This document shows, piece by piece, positions 19,206 through 28,873 of a stretch of 64,000 nucleotides of DNA; position 1 is the stretch's first letter; every line of letters begins with the position of its first letter. The stretch comes from Candidatus Thermofontivivens primus (GTDB lineage: Bacteria > Sysuimicrobiota > Sysuimicrobiia > Sysuimicrobiales > Thermofontiviventaceae). Made by a program: the position numbers and the translations under genes. The stretch lies in assembly GCA_031458695.1 (NCBI GenBank), contig JAVKJW010000006.1, positions 35,785 to 99,784 of the forward strand, in the 5' to 3' direction. Below the pieces are notes generated by a model that searched no databases, was not told the DNA's origin, and was given only the letters and a program-made list of their open reading frames with translations.

Positions 19206-20378
19206 ATGGCCACTGTCTTTCTGCGCCGTGGGAAGGAGAAACGCCTGCTCAGTGGTCACCTTTGGGTCTACGAAGGGGAGATCGAGCAGATTCAGGGGGA
19301 GGTGGGCGAGGGGGAGGTCGTGGACGTGCGGACTGCGGCAGGGAAGTTCGTGGGACGTGGGACCTACACTTCCCGGTCCAAGATCGCTGTCCGCTTGCTC
19401 ACCCACCGCCAGGAGGAGATCGATGAAGAGTTTTTCCGCAGGCGCCTCGCCGACGCCGTTGCCTATCGGAGGCAGCTCTCCATCGACGCAACAGGGTATC
19501 GCCTCGTCTACAGTGAAGGGGATTTCCTCCCAGGTCTGATTGTGGATCGCTACGGGGAGGTCCTGGTTCTCCAAACGACGACCGTCGGGATGGAAGTCCG
19601 AAAACCTCTCATCGTCCAACTCCTCGATGATCTCCTCAACCCCCGCTACATCTACGAGCGGAACGACTTGAATGTCCGCAAGCTCGAAGGACTCCCCTCT
19701 GTGAAAGGGTTTCTCCGGGGGGAGGGAGAGACCCTCGTAGAGATCGAGGAGTCCGGGGTGCGCTTCTTGGTAGACATCGAAGGTGGACAAAAAACCGGGT
19801 TCTTCCTGGACCAGCGAGAGAACCGCCGAGCGATCGCGGAGTACGTAGGAGGTGCAGAGGTCTTGGATGTCTTCTGCTACACCGGCGGGTTTGCCATCCA
19901 TGCCGCCTGCGCAGGGGCAAAGAGCGTTTGGGGAATCGAGAACTCCGAGACGGCCGTTACGATGGCCAGGCAGAATGCCGCGTTGAACGGCGTCCTCGAC
20001 CGATGCACCTTCCTCGTGGGGAACGCTTTCGATCACCTCCGGCGCCTGAGCCAGGAGGGAAAGCAGTTCGACGTCGTCATCCTGGATCCGCCCGCGTTCG
20101 TGAAAACGAAGAGCGCACTGGCGGGTGGTCTTGCCGGGTACAAGGAGATCAACCTCAGGGCTCTGAAGCTCCTCCGCCCCGGGGGGATCTTGGTCTCGTG
20201 CTCGTGTTCCTTTCATGTCGACGAGGCCCTCCTCCTCGCCGTGGTCGCCGACGCCGCCCGGGACACTCGGAGGACCTTGCGTCTTATTGAGAGCCGGGGC
20301 CAGGCACGAGATCACCCTGTGCTGCCAAGCATGCCAGAAACGCGCTACCTGAAGTGTTTGATCTTCCAGGTCTCGTGA
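19206..20378 (+). CDS. rlmI: RlmI-like SAM-dependent rRNA m5C methyltransferase (PUA domain)
   Basis: GHLWVY, QKTGFFLDQR, FCYTGGF, LDPPAF, ETRYLK. Confidence 0.85.
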   Translation: MATVFLRRGKEKRLLSGHLWVYEGEIEQIQGEVGEGEVVDVRTAAGKFVGRGTYTSRSKIAVRLLTHRQEEIDEEFFRRRLADAVAYRRQLSIDATGYRLVYSEGDFLPGLIVDRYGEVLVLQTTTVGMEVRKPLIVQLLDDLLNPRYIYERNDLNVRKLEGLPSVKGFLRGEGETLVEIEESGVRFLVDIEGGQKTGFFLDQRENRRAIAEYVGGAEVLDVFCYTGGFAIHAACAGAKSVWGIENSETAVTMARQNAALNGVLDRCTFLVGNAFDHLRRLSQEGKQFDVVILDPPAFVKTKSALAGGLAGYKEINLRALKLLRPGGILVSCSCSFHVDEALLLAVVADAARDTRRTLRLIESRGQARDHPVLPSMPETRYLKCLIFQVS

Positions 20379-20498
20379 GTATCCCCCTTGTGGAAGAAGA
20401 TAAGACCTAAGGCAGAGCATACCTCTCTTGCACATCAAAGAGGGGGAGATATACTGATGGGGGATTCCACCATCGAAGCAAAGGGGAAGTAGGAAGGT

Positions 20499-22004
20499 AT
20501 GGTAGGAAGGCAGATCCGCATCACCGATGACTTGGACCTTCTCCTCGCGGTCCTTCCGCCTAAAGTGAAAGAACCGCTGTTGCGGCAGGAGGGGCTTGAG
20601 GAGCTCATCGAGGTCGTCATGGACCTGGGCCGCCAGCCGGAGGCACGATTCCCTGGCCGGACCGTCGATCTGAGCGAGGAGCCGGTCACGCGCGAGGATA
20701 TCGCCTATGTGGTCGAGCGAGTAGGAGAGTTCGGGAAGGACAATCGCGCCGGCATCGCTCGGACCCTCCATCGTATCTCAGCCATCCGTAACCGCCAGGG
20801 GGAGATCATCGGCCTCACGTGCCGGGTGGGTCGGGCTGTTTTCGGCACCGTGGACATCATCCGCGACGTTATTGAGTCAGGAAAGTCCATCCTGCTGCTC
20901 GGCCGGCCGGGAGTTGGGAAAACCACCCTTATCCGGGAGGCAGCCAGGGTGCTGGCGAGCGAGCTAGGCAAACGCGTGGTCATCGTGGACACCTCCAACG
21001 AGATTGCCGGCGACGGTGATATCCCCCACCCCGGGATTGGGAGGGCACGTCGCATGCAGGTCCCTCACCCTGGACTACAGCACGCGGTCATGATCGAAGC
21101 CGTGGAGAACCACATGCCTGAGGTCATCGTGATCGATGAGATCGGGACCGAAGCCGAGGCCAGGGCGGCGAGGACCATCGCCGAACGCGGGGTCCAGCTT
21201 ATTGCCAGCGCCCACGGGAATACCCTGGAGAACCTCCTCCAAAATCCTACCCTCTGTGATCTCATCGGAGGGATCCAGGCGGTTACCTTGAGCGATGAGG
21301 AAGCACGACGGCGCGGGACGCAGAAAACCGTCCTGGAGCGCAAGGCGCCCCCCACCTTCGACGTTGTGGTGGAGATTCACGATAAGGACCGCCTTGCGGT
21401 GCACCACGATATCGCGACGGTGGTGGACCGGTACTTGCGCGGGATCCCTCCCAAGCCGGAAGTGAGGGTCCGCCAGCCCTCTGGGGAGATCGAGGTCCAG
21501 CGGCAGCCCCTCGTGGAGGAGGGAGCAGAAGCGGCCCCCAGGCCCAAAAGGGTCCTGCGCATCTACCCGTACGCCGTGAGCCGGAACCGCCTTGAGCGAG
21601 CGATCCGGGAGCTGAGAGTTCCTGCCTATGTAACGGAGAACCTCGCGGAGGCCGACCTGGTCCTTACGTTGAAGTCGCAAGAGAAGCGGGCACCTAAGAA
21701 GCTCAGGGAAGCACAGATGCGGGGCGTGGAAATCCGTACCATCAAGAGCAACACAGTGACTCAGATTCAGCAGTTCTTGCGCTCTTCGTTCCAGATTGAG
21801 GATTACCTCGATGAGGAGGAAGCAGCCCTCCGGGAAGTGGAGGATGCCATTGCGGAGGTTTTGACCACTTCCCAACCTGTGGAGCTCTCCCCCCAGCGGT
21901 CATACATCCGACGCCTCCAGCACCAGATCGTCCAGCACTACGGCCTCACCTCTGAGAGCAAAGGGGAGGAACCATTCCGACGCGTGGTGATTTACCCCAG
22001 GTAA
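20499..22004 (+). CDS. Ycf45/SpoIIIAA-like AAA ATPase with C-terminal R3H domain
   Basis: [25 protein letters not shown], and RRLQH (R3H). Confidence 0.88.
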   Translation: MVGRQIRITDDLDLLLAVLPPKVKEPLLRQEGLEELIEVVMDLGRQPEARFPGRTVDLSEEPVTREDIAYVVERVGEFGKDNRAGIARTLHRISAIRNRQGEIIGLTCRVGRAVFGTVDIIRDVIESGKSILLLGRPGVGKTTLIREAARVLASELGKRVVIVDTSNEIAGDGDIPHPGIGRARRMQVPHPGLQHAVMIEAVENHMPEVIVIDEIGTEAEARAARTIAERGVQLIASAHGNTLENLLQNPTLCDLIGGIQAVTLSDEEARRRGTQKTVLERKAPPTFDVVVEIHDKDRLAVHHDIATVVDRYLRGIPPKPEVRVRQPSGEIEVQRQPLVEEGAEAAPRPKRVLRIYPYAVSRNRLERAIRELRVPAYVTENLAEADLVLTLKSQEKRAPKKLREAQMRGVEIRTIKSNTVTQIQQFLRSSFQIEDYLDEEEAALREVEDAIAEVLTTSQPVELSPQRSYIRRLQHQIVQHYGLTSESKGEEPFRRVVIYPR

Positions 22005-22122
22005 ATCTGGTTCCTCGAGAGGATAGGTGTATTGAGTTGGCCGCGTAATCGAGAAGCCATTGGAAGGAACCCAAGGGGAAGTCAAAGGCCTTTTTCAGGA
22101 TACATCGATCCCTAGAAACGTG

Positions 22123-22788
22123 ATGGACCCAAGAGGACTCTTCTTGACGATTGAAGGCCCCGACGGGGCTGGGAAGACCACGCAGGCACGCATGCTCGTG
22201 GAGCGCTTGAGGCCCCGGATTCCCATCCTGTACACCCGCGAACCTGGGGGAACGGCGATTGGGGAACGCATCCGGGAGATCCTCCTCTCCCCTGCACACC
22301 CGGAGATGAACCCCCTCACGGAGATGCTTCTGTTCGCCGCATCCCGGGCACAGTTTGTCGCGGAGGTGATCCTCCCTGCGCTGCGCTCGGGACGCGTTGT
22401 GCTCTCCGAACGCTTCGTGGACGCCTCCATCGCCTATCAGGGATTTGGCCGGGGGATCGACCTCGAGGTGGTCCGCCGGGTCAACGAGATCGCTACAGGA
22501 GGCTTGCGACCAGACCTGACGATCCTTGTAGACATCGATCCCGAAGTAGGACTCCGGCGGATCCAGAGAGGAACGGGAGGAAAGAAACCAGGAGATCGGT
22601 TGGAACAGGAAGATCTTGCCTTCCACCGAAGGGTACGGGAGGGGTTTCTGGCCATTGCCCGAGAAGAACCTGGCCGTGTCGTCGTTGTACAAGGAGACCG
22701 GCCCATCCCAGAAGTCCACAGGGAGATCACTCTTCTCGTGGAGAAGTTTCTTGCCGAGCGGGGGTGGCAGGGATCGAACCCTCTCTGA
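22123..22788 (+). CDS. tmk: Thymidylate kinase
   Basis: IEGPDGAGKTTQ, TREPGGT, SIAYQG. Confidence 0.95.
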   Translation: MDPRGLFLTIEGPDGAGKTTQARMLVERLRPRIPILYTREPGGTAIGERIREILLSPAHPEMNPLTEMLLFAASRAQFVAEVILPALRSGRVVLSERFVDASIAYQGFGRGIDLEVVRRVNEIATGGLRPDLTILVDIDPEVGLRRIQRGTGGKKPGDRLEQEDLAFHRRVREGFLAIAREEPGRVVVVQGDRPIPEVHREITLLVEKFLAERGWQGSNPL

Positions 22789-22805
22789 CTGAAAAAAGGA
22801 GGGAA

Positions 22806-23138
22806 ATGATGAAGCTCATCCTTGCCATCGTCCAAGACAAGGACGCTGGCAGGTTGCTCGATGCCCTGGTAGAGGCCAACTACCAGGCGACAATGCTTGC
22901 CAGCACCGGAGGGTTCTTGCGCGAGGGGAACGCAACGATCCTCATCGGAGTAGAGGACCAACAGGTGGAGGAGGTCTTGGGGATCATCCAGGAGCGATGC
23001 CGGACGCGGGAACAGCTGGTCTCTCCGATCCCTCCTGTGGTAGAACCTGTTGACTCTCATATCTCCTATCCGGTAAAGGTCCAAGTAGGGGGCGCCATTG
23101 TCTTCGTCCTGAACGTGGACCGGATGATCCGGGTATGA
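22806..23138 (+). CDS. darA: PII-like c-di-AMP receptor (DarA/PstA/YaaQ)
   Basis: MKLILAIVQDKD, STGGFLREGNAT, GGAIVFV; sits between tmk and holB. Confidence 0.88.
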   Translation: MMKLILAIVQDKDAGRLLDALVEANYQATMLASTGGFLREGNATILIGVEDQQVEEVLGIIQERCRTREQLVSPIPPVVEPVDSHISYPVKVQVGGAIVFVLNVDRMIRV

Positions 23139-23173
23139 AGGATACACCTGCATCACGGGAGGGCGAGAGGATT

Positions 23174-24178
23174 ATGGCGTTTCGGGAGATCGTCGACCAG
23201 GACCACGCAATCCTCCTTCTGCGAGAGGCCCTGCGCTTAGGACGTATCAGCCACGCGTATCTGTTTGTGGGCCCCGAAGGCGTGGGGAAGAAAGCGGTAG
23301 CCATCAGCTTCGCCCAAGCCCTCAACTGCCTGAACGCAGACGGGTTTGACGCCTGCGGGAGTTGTCCTTCTTGCAAGAAGATCGCCGGGGGATCTCACCC
23401 AGACGTCCGTGTGACCGCCCCACAGGGAGAGTCGCTCAAGATCGACCAGATTCGTGCGTTGCGCCAGGAGGCCATGTATCCTCCCTTTGAGGGACGGTGG
23501 AAGGTCTATATCCTCGAGGACGCGGAGAAAATGACCGCAGAGGCAGCCAATAGCCTTCTTAAAGTGTTGGAGGAGCCGCCGGAACGCGTTGTGTGGATCC
23601 TGCTTGCCACCTCCACGGTTTCCCTCCTTCCGACGATTGTCTCCCGATGCCAGATGGTGCGATTCACCCTCCTCCCAACTGCACTGATCAAAAGAGCGCT
23701 TGTTGAGCGATTCAACCTTCCTGAAGCACAGGCCCGCTTCCTCGCAGCCTTGGCTGCCGGACGGATCGGACAGGCGATCACCTGGGCATTGACCAAGGAG
23801 GCACTCGCGGAGAGGGAAACGATGCTGGACTTCCTCTCAAGGGTGGAATCCATGGATGCACTGGAGAGGCTCCTCGCAGCGGAGGAGCTGGGGAAGCAGA
23901 AGGAGAAGCTCTCCGATCTCTTGGACATTGCTTACCTCTGGTACCGGGACCTCCTTGTCTGGTCCCAGGCCAGGGACGAGGACCTCCTGTTCAACCTGGA
24001 CAAGAAAGAAACCATTGCTAAGATCGCGCCTTCCTTTTCCCCACGCGAGCTCCAGCGGCGTATCGTCCTCATCGAAGAAGCAAAGGAGGCGCTGCGGAGG
24101 AATGCCAACCCGCGCCTCGTGCTCGAGACCCTCTTGCTTCGTATGATGTCTCCCGAAGAGGCGATCCGGCCGGGTTAG
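23174..24178 (+). CDS. holB: DNA polymerase III subunit delta'
   Basis: HAYLFVGPEGVGK, Zn-binding cysteines, NSLLKVLEEPP, TIVSRC. Confidence 0.93.
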   Translation: MAFREIVDQDHAILLLREALRLGRISHAYLFVGPEGVGKKAVAISFAQALNCLNADGFDACGSCPSCKKIAGGSHPDVRVTAPQGESLKIDQIRALRQEAMYPPFEGRWKVYILEDAEKMTAEAANSLLKVLEEPPERVVWILLATSTVSLLPTIVSRCQMVRFTLLPTALIKRALVERFNLPEAQARFLAALAAGRIGQAITWALTKEALAERETMLDFLSRVESMDALERLLAAEELGKQKEKLSDLLDIAYLWYRDLLVWSQARDEDLLFNLDKKETIAKIAPSFSPRELQRRIVLIEEAKEALRRNANPRLVLETLLLRMMSPEEAIRPG

Positions 24179-24261
24179 GCGTAGGTCCACACTTCTCGGT
24201 CCCCCAGCGCAAGCTCCTCCTCTCCACTTTCCTGCCGAAAAGGTGCTGGCGTCGTGTTGGC

Positions 24262-24498
24262 TCAGGTACCGAAGAGGCGGGCGATGAGGAGCAGGGCGAT
24301 GAGGAGAGCGATGCTAGCCCCCAGGTAGAGCCCCCATGGTCGCCTCGTCCGTCTCTCAGAGATCCCGGAGAGGCACCGTTCACAGAAATTCCCCTGGCTC
24401 AACCGTACGACGCAGTCCTTGCATAGCGCTCTCCCGCAGCGCGCGCAGTACGTGATGGCGAGAGCATCAGGATGGTAGGCACAGTGCATATCGCTCAC
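24262..24498 (-). CDS. Small B-box-like zinc-finger protein with C-terminal TM helix
   Basis: CAYH...CARCGRALCKDC...CERC then a hydrophobic tail; overlaps the nfo stop. Confidence 0.75.
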   Translation of the reverse strand: MSDMHCAYHPDALAITYCARCGRALCKDCVVRLSQGNFCERCLSGISERRTRRPWGLYLGASIALLIALLLIARLFGT

Positions 24499-25454
24499 AA
24501 TCCCTTCGGGCTTGTGCGGTGAGAATCCCTCGGCCAGAGGGCTTCATGCGTCCCCTTGGAACAAAGGGGAGAGGCCAAGCCTCGAGCCCTCCGGCCGCCT
24601 TCTCTCCCCAAAGATCCCTCCCGCAACTGTTTCAGGATCGATAGGTTCTTCCGGTCGGGCCCTGTCTGGTTGAACCCGGGAGTCTCGATGATCCCCGCGA
24701 TCCCCTCGAGCTTGGGGTGGCGAACAATTGCCAGGAATCCCATAAGGCCGATCTCTCCTTCCCCAATGTTCTCATGCCGGTCCCTGTGGGAGCCGAGGGG
24801 AGCGCGAGAGTCGTTTAAATGAAAGAGCTTCAACCGGTCGAGCCCGACGGTCTCATCGAATGCTTCCAGCATTGCCTCTACGCCCTTCGGCGTGGAGAGA
24901 TCCCACCCCGCGGCGAAGAGGTGGGCGGAGTCAAGACAGATCCCTACCCGCGGGTGCCACCCAAGACCTTCGAAGATCTCCCTCAGCTCTTCAAACGTCG
25001 CACCGAGGTGATCGCCCGAACCTGCACTGTTCTCTAAAAGGAGCAAAGTGGTAGAGGTCGCCTCGAGGATTTGGCGGATAGCCCGGAGGACACGTCCCTT
25101 CGCTTCTGGCCAGGAAGCTCCCTTCCGGCTCCCAATATGTGTGACAACCCCCAGGCCTCCTAGGCGTTCCATTGTCTGCATGCAAAAGATCGTCGCGGCA
25201 ATGGAGTTGCGAGAATAGGAGGGATGTGGGGAGGCTAGATTGACAAGATAGGGGGTGTGGGCGACAAGGGGGTCCAACCCTGCCTCCTCACGCAGGCGGC
25301 GGAAGGCCTCAAGGTCCTCCTCAGGATAGGGGACGAGCCGCCATTGCCGTGGGTTTCCCACAAAGATCTGGAGGCACTCGCATCCGATCTTGACGGCCCG
25401 CTCCACGGCCTTGTAAATCTTCCCGCCGACGGAGACGTGCGCTCCTAATCGCAT
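24495..25454 (-). CDS. nfo: Endonuclease IV
   Basis: GAHVS, HTPY, LENSAG, CLDSAH, HLND, DRH, IETP metal ligands. Confidence 0.93.
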   Translation of the reverse strand: MRLGAHVSVGGKIYKAVERAVKIGCECLQIFVGNPRQWRLVPYPEEDLEAFRRLREEAGLDPLVAHTPYLVNLASPHPSYSRNSIAATIFCMQTMERLGGLGVVTHIGSRKGASWPEAKGRVLRAIRQILEATSTTLLLLENSAGSGDHLGATFEELREIFEGLGWHPRVGICLDSAHLFAAGWDLSTPKGVEAMLEAFDETVGLDRLKLFHLNDSRAPLGSHRDRHENIGEGEIGLMGFLAIVRHPKLEGIAGIIETPGFNQTGPDRKNLSILKQLREGSLGREGGRRARGLASPLCSKGTHEALWPRDSHRTSPKGL

Positions 25455-25623
25455 GGGAAGGGACCTCCCGTCCCAGGTACAGGACCTTCTTTCCGTGATC
25501 CTGTGGCCTTGTTTGAGACCTACGCAGGTTCCTTGCAAGCCCGGCAAGAGACTCCTTGCCCTTCCTAGGGCTCCTTTCTACCGAGGCCTCCAGCAGGTGG
25601 ATGGGAATTCCCCCAAGGGAACA

Positions 25624-27201
25624 TCACTCTGCAGAAAGGATGAGGAGCGCGTCGGGCTGCCCACCCGCGATGACCTCTACGGCCACCCCCACAAGATGGT
25701 TCCGTAGCTCCCTGGCAATTTCCTCTACAACCAGGGTGTCAACCTCCGAGCCTGGATAGAGGGTCAGTACTTCCTTCCCTCCCTCAAGAAGGTAAGGGAG
25801 GATTCCCTGGATCGCCTCTTGGAGCGTAGATGCCAGGATCGCCTCTTCCCCCTCCACTATTCCCTTGAAGCCCTCTGTCACCTTTACGATCACACCTGTG
25901 CGTACCGCACGAGCGGCCTCACTCATCCGTTGGAGGTTCTCCTCTAATCCCGCGTCCGGTTGCCAGGCGAGAAGCGCGGCTACCCCTTGGGGCTGGGTGC
26001 GTGTAGGGACGATGGCGATCGAAGTGGGAGAACGGGAACGGACTTGCTCGCAGGCAGACCAGCAGGCGGGGAGATTCGGAAGGAGGATCACCTGGTCGCT
26101 CCCAACCTCCCGGATGGCCGTCTCCAAATCCTCTGGGCCCACCGTCATCGCATCGAGGACCTTCGTAGCCTTGAGGCTGCGGAACAAGGCGATGAACCCT
26201 TCCCCGGATGCACAAGCGATCACAGGAACCTTCGCCTCGAGCGCAATTGCTTTTGCCCGCTGCAGGGGGAGCGGTTCCTCCCGGTGACGGCGCAACAGCT
26301 CGGCACGTTGCTCGCGCATATCCCTGACCTGCGCCTCGACCAAAGCCCCACGTTCTAGACAGAGTTGGAGAACCCTCGTGGGGTCGTCCGTGTGGAGATG
26401 GATCTTGATCACACCTAACCCGCTGGTGACGACCAAGCTTTCCCCGGATCCAGAGAGGATATCGGCCAGCCCGCTGGGGTCCAGCTCAGTGCGCAGGGAG
26501 ATTTCCACGTCGTAAGGCGAGGAGCCCATCGCAGGGATCGTGGAGGGGTTGAGGACATAGCGCTCCTGGCGGGTTGGGAGGGTACGGTTGGTCACGGCCT
26601 CCCACATCCCCTCGAGGAAATAGGCAAGGCCCTGCGCCCCAGCGTCCACAACACCCGCGCGTTTGAGCGGAGAGAGGAGTTCAGGTGTGCGCGCCACCGT
26701 TTGATACGCGGCTTCCGCAATGCCAGCGAAGAACTCGTCCAGGGTCGTCACCTCCCTGGCCAGGTGCTCCGCCCTCGCCGCGCACTCCCGGATCACTGTG
26801 AGCATCGTCCCTTCTACCGGTCTTGCCACCGCTTGGTAGGCCGCTTCGCTGGCCCGCTGGAAGGCGAGGGCCACCTCCCTCACACCCGCTTCAGGAAGAC
26901 CTCGGAAGGCCTCGGCAAATCCCCGGAGGATCTGGGAGAGGATTAACCCCGAGTTCCCCCGTGCCTCAGAGAATGCACCCTCTGCGGCCGCTTGGGCAAG
27001 CGGACCAAGCTCCGTCGCAGGGGAGTGTTCCACAGCTCGGCAGGCCGCCCTCAGGGTAGCCACGAGGTTATCTCCTGTATCCCCATCGGGTGCAGGGAAG
27101 ATGTTGATGAAGTTCAGATCCTCCTGATGGGCGGCAAGCCTACGCACCGCGGACATGAGGAGGAGACGGAAAGAAGCTCCTGACAGCGTCGCAAGCGCCA
27201 T
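25624..27201 (-). CDS. fakA: DAK2-domain fatty acid kinase subunit FakA
   Basis: PDGDTGDN, ARGNSG, PVEGTM, VVDAGA, KIHLHT. Confidence 0.87.
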   Translation of the reverse strand: MALATLSGASFRLLLMSAVRRLAAHQEDLNFINIFPAPDGDTGDNLVATLRAACRAVEHSPATELGPLAQAAAEGAFSEARGNSGLILSQILRGFAEAFRGLPEAGVREVALAFQRASEAAYQAVARPVEGTMLTVIRECAARAEHLAREVTTLDEFFAGIAEAAYQTVARTPELLSPLKRAGVVDAGAQGLAYFLEGMWEAVTNRTLPTRQERYVLNPSTIPAMGSSPYDVEISLRTELDPSGLADILSGSGESLVVTSGLGVIKIHLHTDDPTRVLQLCLERGALVEAQVRDMREQRAELLRRHREEPLPLQRAKAIALEAKVPVIACASGEGFIALFRSLKATKVLDAMTVGPEDLETAIREVGSDQVILLPNLPACWSACEQVRSRSPTSIAIVPTRTQPQGVAALLAWQPDAGLEENLQRMSEAARAVRTGVIVKVTEGFKGIVEGEEAILASTLQEAIQGILPYLLEGGKEVLTLYPGSEVDTLVVEEIARELRNHLVGVAVEVIAGGQPDALLILSAE

Positions 27202-27217
27202 GGAAGGATCCCAGGGC

Positions 27218-27802
27218 CTAGAACACGATACGCCGGCCAGCCCGGAACGCCCGGAGGTCTGGAGTCAGCTTGATCAGGCAAGCCACCCCAACGATGGCAC
27301 TCCCCACGACCGCCTCCCACGTCCTCACAAAGCCCCAGGCCACGAGGGGGAGCGTCGCATAAGCAACACCAGCCCCCGCGTAGCTATCCTTGACCACAAG
27401 GATCACCACGCCCGCGATGATGGCCCAGGCAAGGATCACCCGGTAGTCCAGGGTCAGGATCATCCCGGCGGTCGTCGCCACACCCTTCCCTCCTGCGAAT
27501 CGCAAGGGGAGCATCCAGTTGTGCCCAACGACGGAGAATGCCCCGGAGATCCATCCCCACCCAGGGAAGAACCAGTTGCCTAAGTATGCCGCTAAGGCGC
27601 CCTTGCCGATGTCGAGGATGAGGCCCAAGAACCCCGGGAGGAAGGCCACGTTGCGCATGTTGTTCATGCTGCCTACGTTTCCCCCGTCCACCTCCCGGAG
27701 GTCCACACCTGCGAAGACCTTGGCGGTCACGTAGTTGGCAGGGAATGAGCCGAGGAGATAACCTAATAAGGCCAAAAGGAGACGGCTCGACACCCCGCTC
27801 AT
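27218..27802 (-). CDS. plsY: PlsY-family acyltransferase with degenerate motif 3
   Basis: YLLGSFP, GNVG, DIGKG and GH...F.GGKGVAT are present; the HxxNI motif is not. Confidence 0.8.
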   Translation of the reverse strand: MSGVSSRLLLALLGYLLGSFPANYVTAKVFAGVDLREVDGGNVGSMNNMRNVAFLPGFLGLILDIGKGALAAYLGNWFFPGWGWISGAFSVVGHNWMLPLRFAGGKGVATTAGMILTLDYRVILAWAIIAGVVILVVKDSYAGAGVAYATLPLVAWGFVRTWEAVVGSAIVGVACLIKLTPDLRAFRAGRRIVF

Positions 27803-27856
27803 GGTATCTCCCTCCTTTCCGCTGGATTGGGATTTCCCTTATTCCTCTCCCCCCTT

Positions 27857-28759
27857 TCAACGGCTCCTGTCTCCATTCTCCTTCCCTTGCGTGCTGAACA
27901 GGGCGAAGCCTACGAGTCCGGGCCCAACTGCAGCGGTGATGACAGGCCCGGCGTGGGTGCGGATCAGTTCCTCCATACGCATCCGTTCGGCAAGTTCTCG
28001 GGCAAGCCACTCTGCAGGTTCCTCATCTCCTGTGTAAAAGACGGCGCACTTCACAGGCTTACCCTCAAGCCCTTCACTGGCCAAGGAGACAAGGCGTTGC
28101 ATCGCCCGGCTCCGGCTGCGTACGCGTTCCACGAGGGCCACCTCGCCCTCACGGATGGTGAGGATCGGCTTGATGTCCAGAAGCGTCCCTAGTGCTGCCT
28201 GGGCGCGACCGAGCCTCCCAGTGTGGTAGAGGTGACGGAGGTCATCGAGCGCAGCGTAGAAACGCATCTGCTGCATCAGAGAGTCCCCCATCTCTAGGAT
28301 CCTCTCTGGGGGCTCACCTCGGCGTGCTGCCCGAGCTGCCTCGATGACCACCCACCCGCTCGCCAAGCTCCCTCCTCGGGTGTCCACCACGTGGATGTGC
28401 GGGTACCCCAGCATCTGCTTTGCGACGAGGGCGGACTGGTACCCACCGCTGAGGCGGGCAGAGATACAGAAGCAAAGGATCGTCGCGCCTGGTACCTGCT
28501 CCAAAGCCTGCCGGAACGCGTGGAGGAAGTCCGCTGGCCCGGGGTTTGCTGTTTTTGCCAGTTCCCCGCGGGAGAGACGTGCCATCACCTGCTCAACGGT
28601 GATGTCTACCCGATCCCTCAAGACCTCCTCGCCGAAGCGGATGTAGATCGGAACGAGGAAAATCCCGAGCTCCTGGACCAGCTCCTCCGGGGGATCCGTC
28701 GCCGAGTCTGCAACAATCACCACCGGGCCACTGGAACTGTTCGGATCTCGCACCTGCAT
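27857..28759 (-). CDS. DegV family fatty acid-binding protein (FakB)
   Basis: VADSATD, KTANP, ISARLSGGYQSA, VVDT, GRLG, IKPIL. Confidence 0.9.
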   Translation of the reverse strand: MQVRDPNSSSGPVVIVADSATDPPEELVQELGIFLVPIYIRFGEEVLRDRVDITVEQVMARLSRGELAKTANPGPADFLHAFRQALEQVPGATILCFCISARLSGGYQSALVAKQMLGYPHIHVVDTRGGSLASGWVVIEAARAARRGEPPERILEMGDSLMQQMRFYAALDDLRHLYHTGRLGRAQAALGTLLDIKPILTIREGEVALVERVRSRSRAMQRLVSLASEGLEGKPVKCAVFYTGDEEPAEWLARELAERMRMEELIRTHAGPVITAAVGPGLVGFALFSTQGKENGDRSR

Positions 28760-28802
28760 AGCCCCCTCCACCAGTATACCGCCCTGGTCACCCTCCTCAC
28801 AA

Positions 28803-28832
28803 TTGACAGGTCCTTCCTGCTGTCCCTATGAT
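28803..28832 (+). promoter_or_regulatory. Sigma70-type promoter for the trans-sulfuration enzyme gene
   Basis: TTGACA, 18 bp, TATGAT. Confidence 0.65.
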
Positions 28833-28873
28833 GGGGCAAGAAAGCGATCTCAGTGGCAGAGGGGAGGGACCCC

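Noticed and set aside
19068..20771. 567-aa minus-strand ORF
   Set aside because: Antisense shadow of the rlmI-like and R3H/AAA genes; no motifs; long shadow ORFs are expected at high GC.
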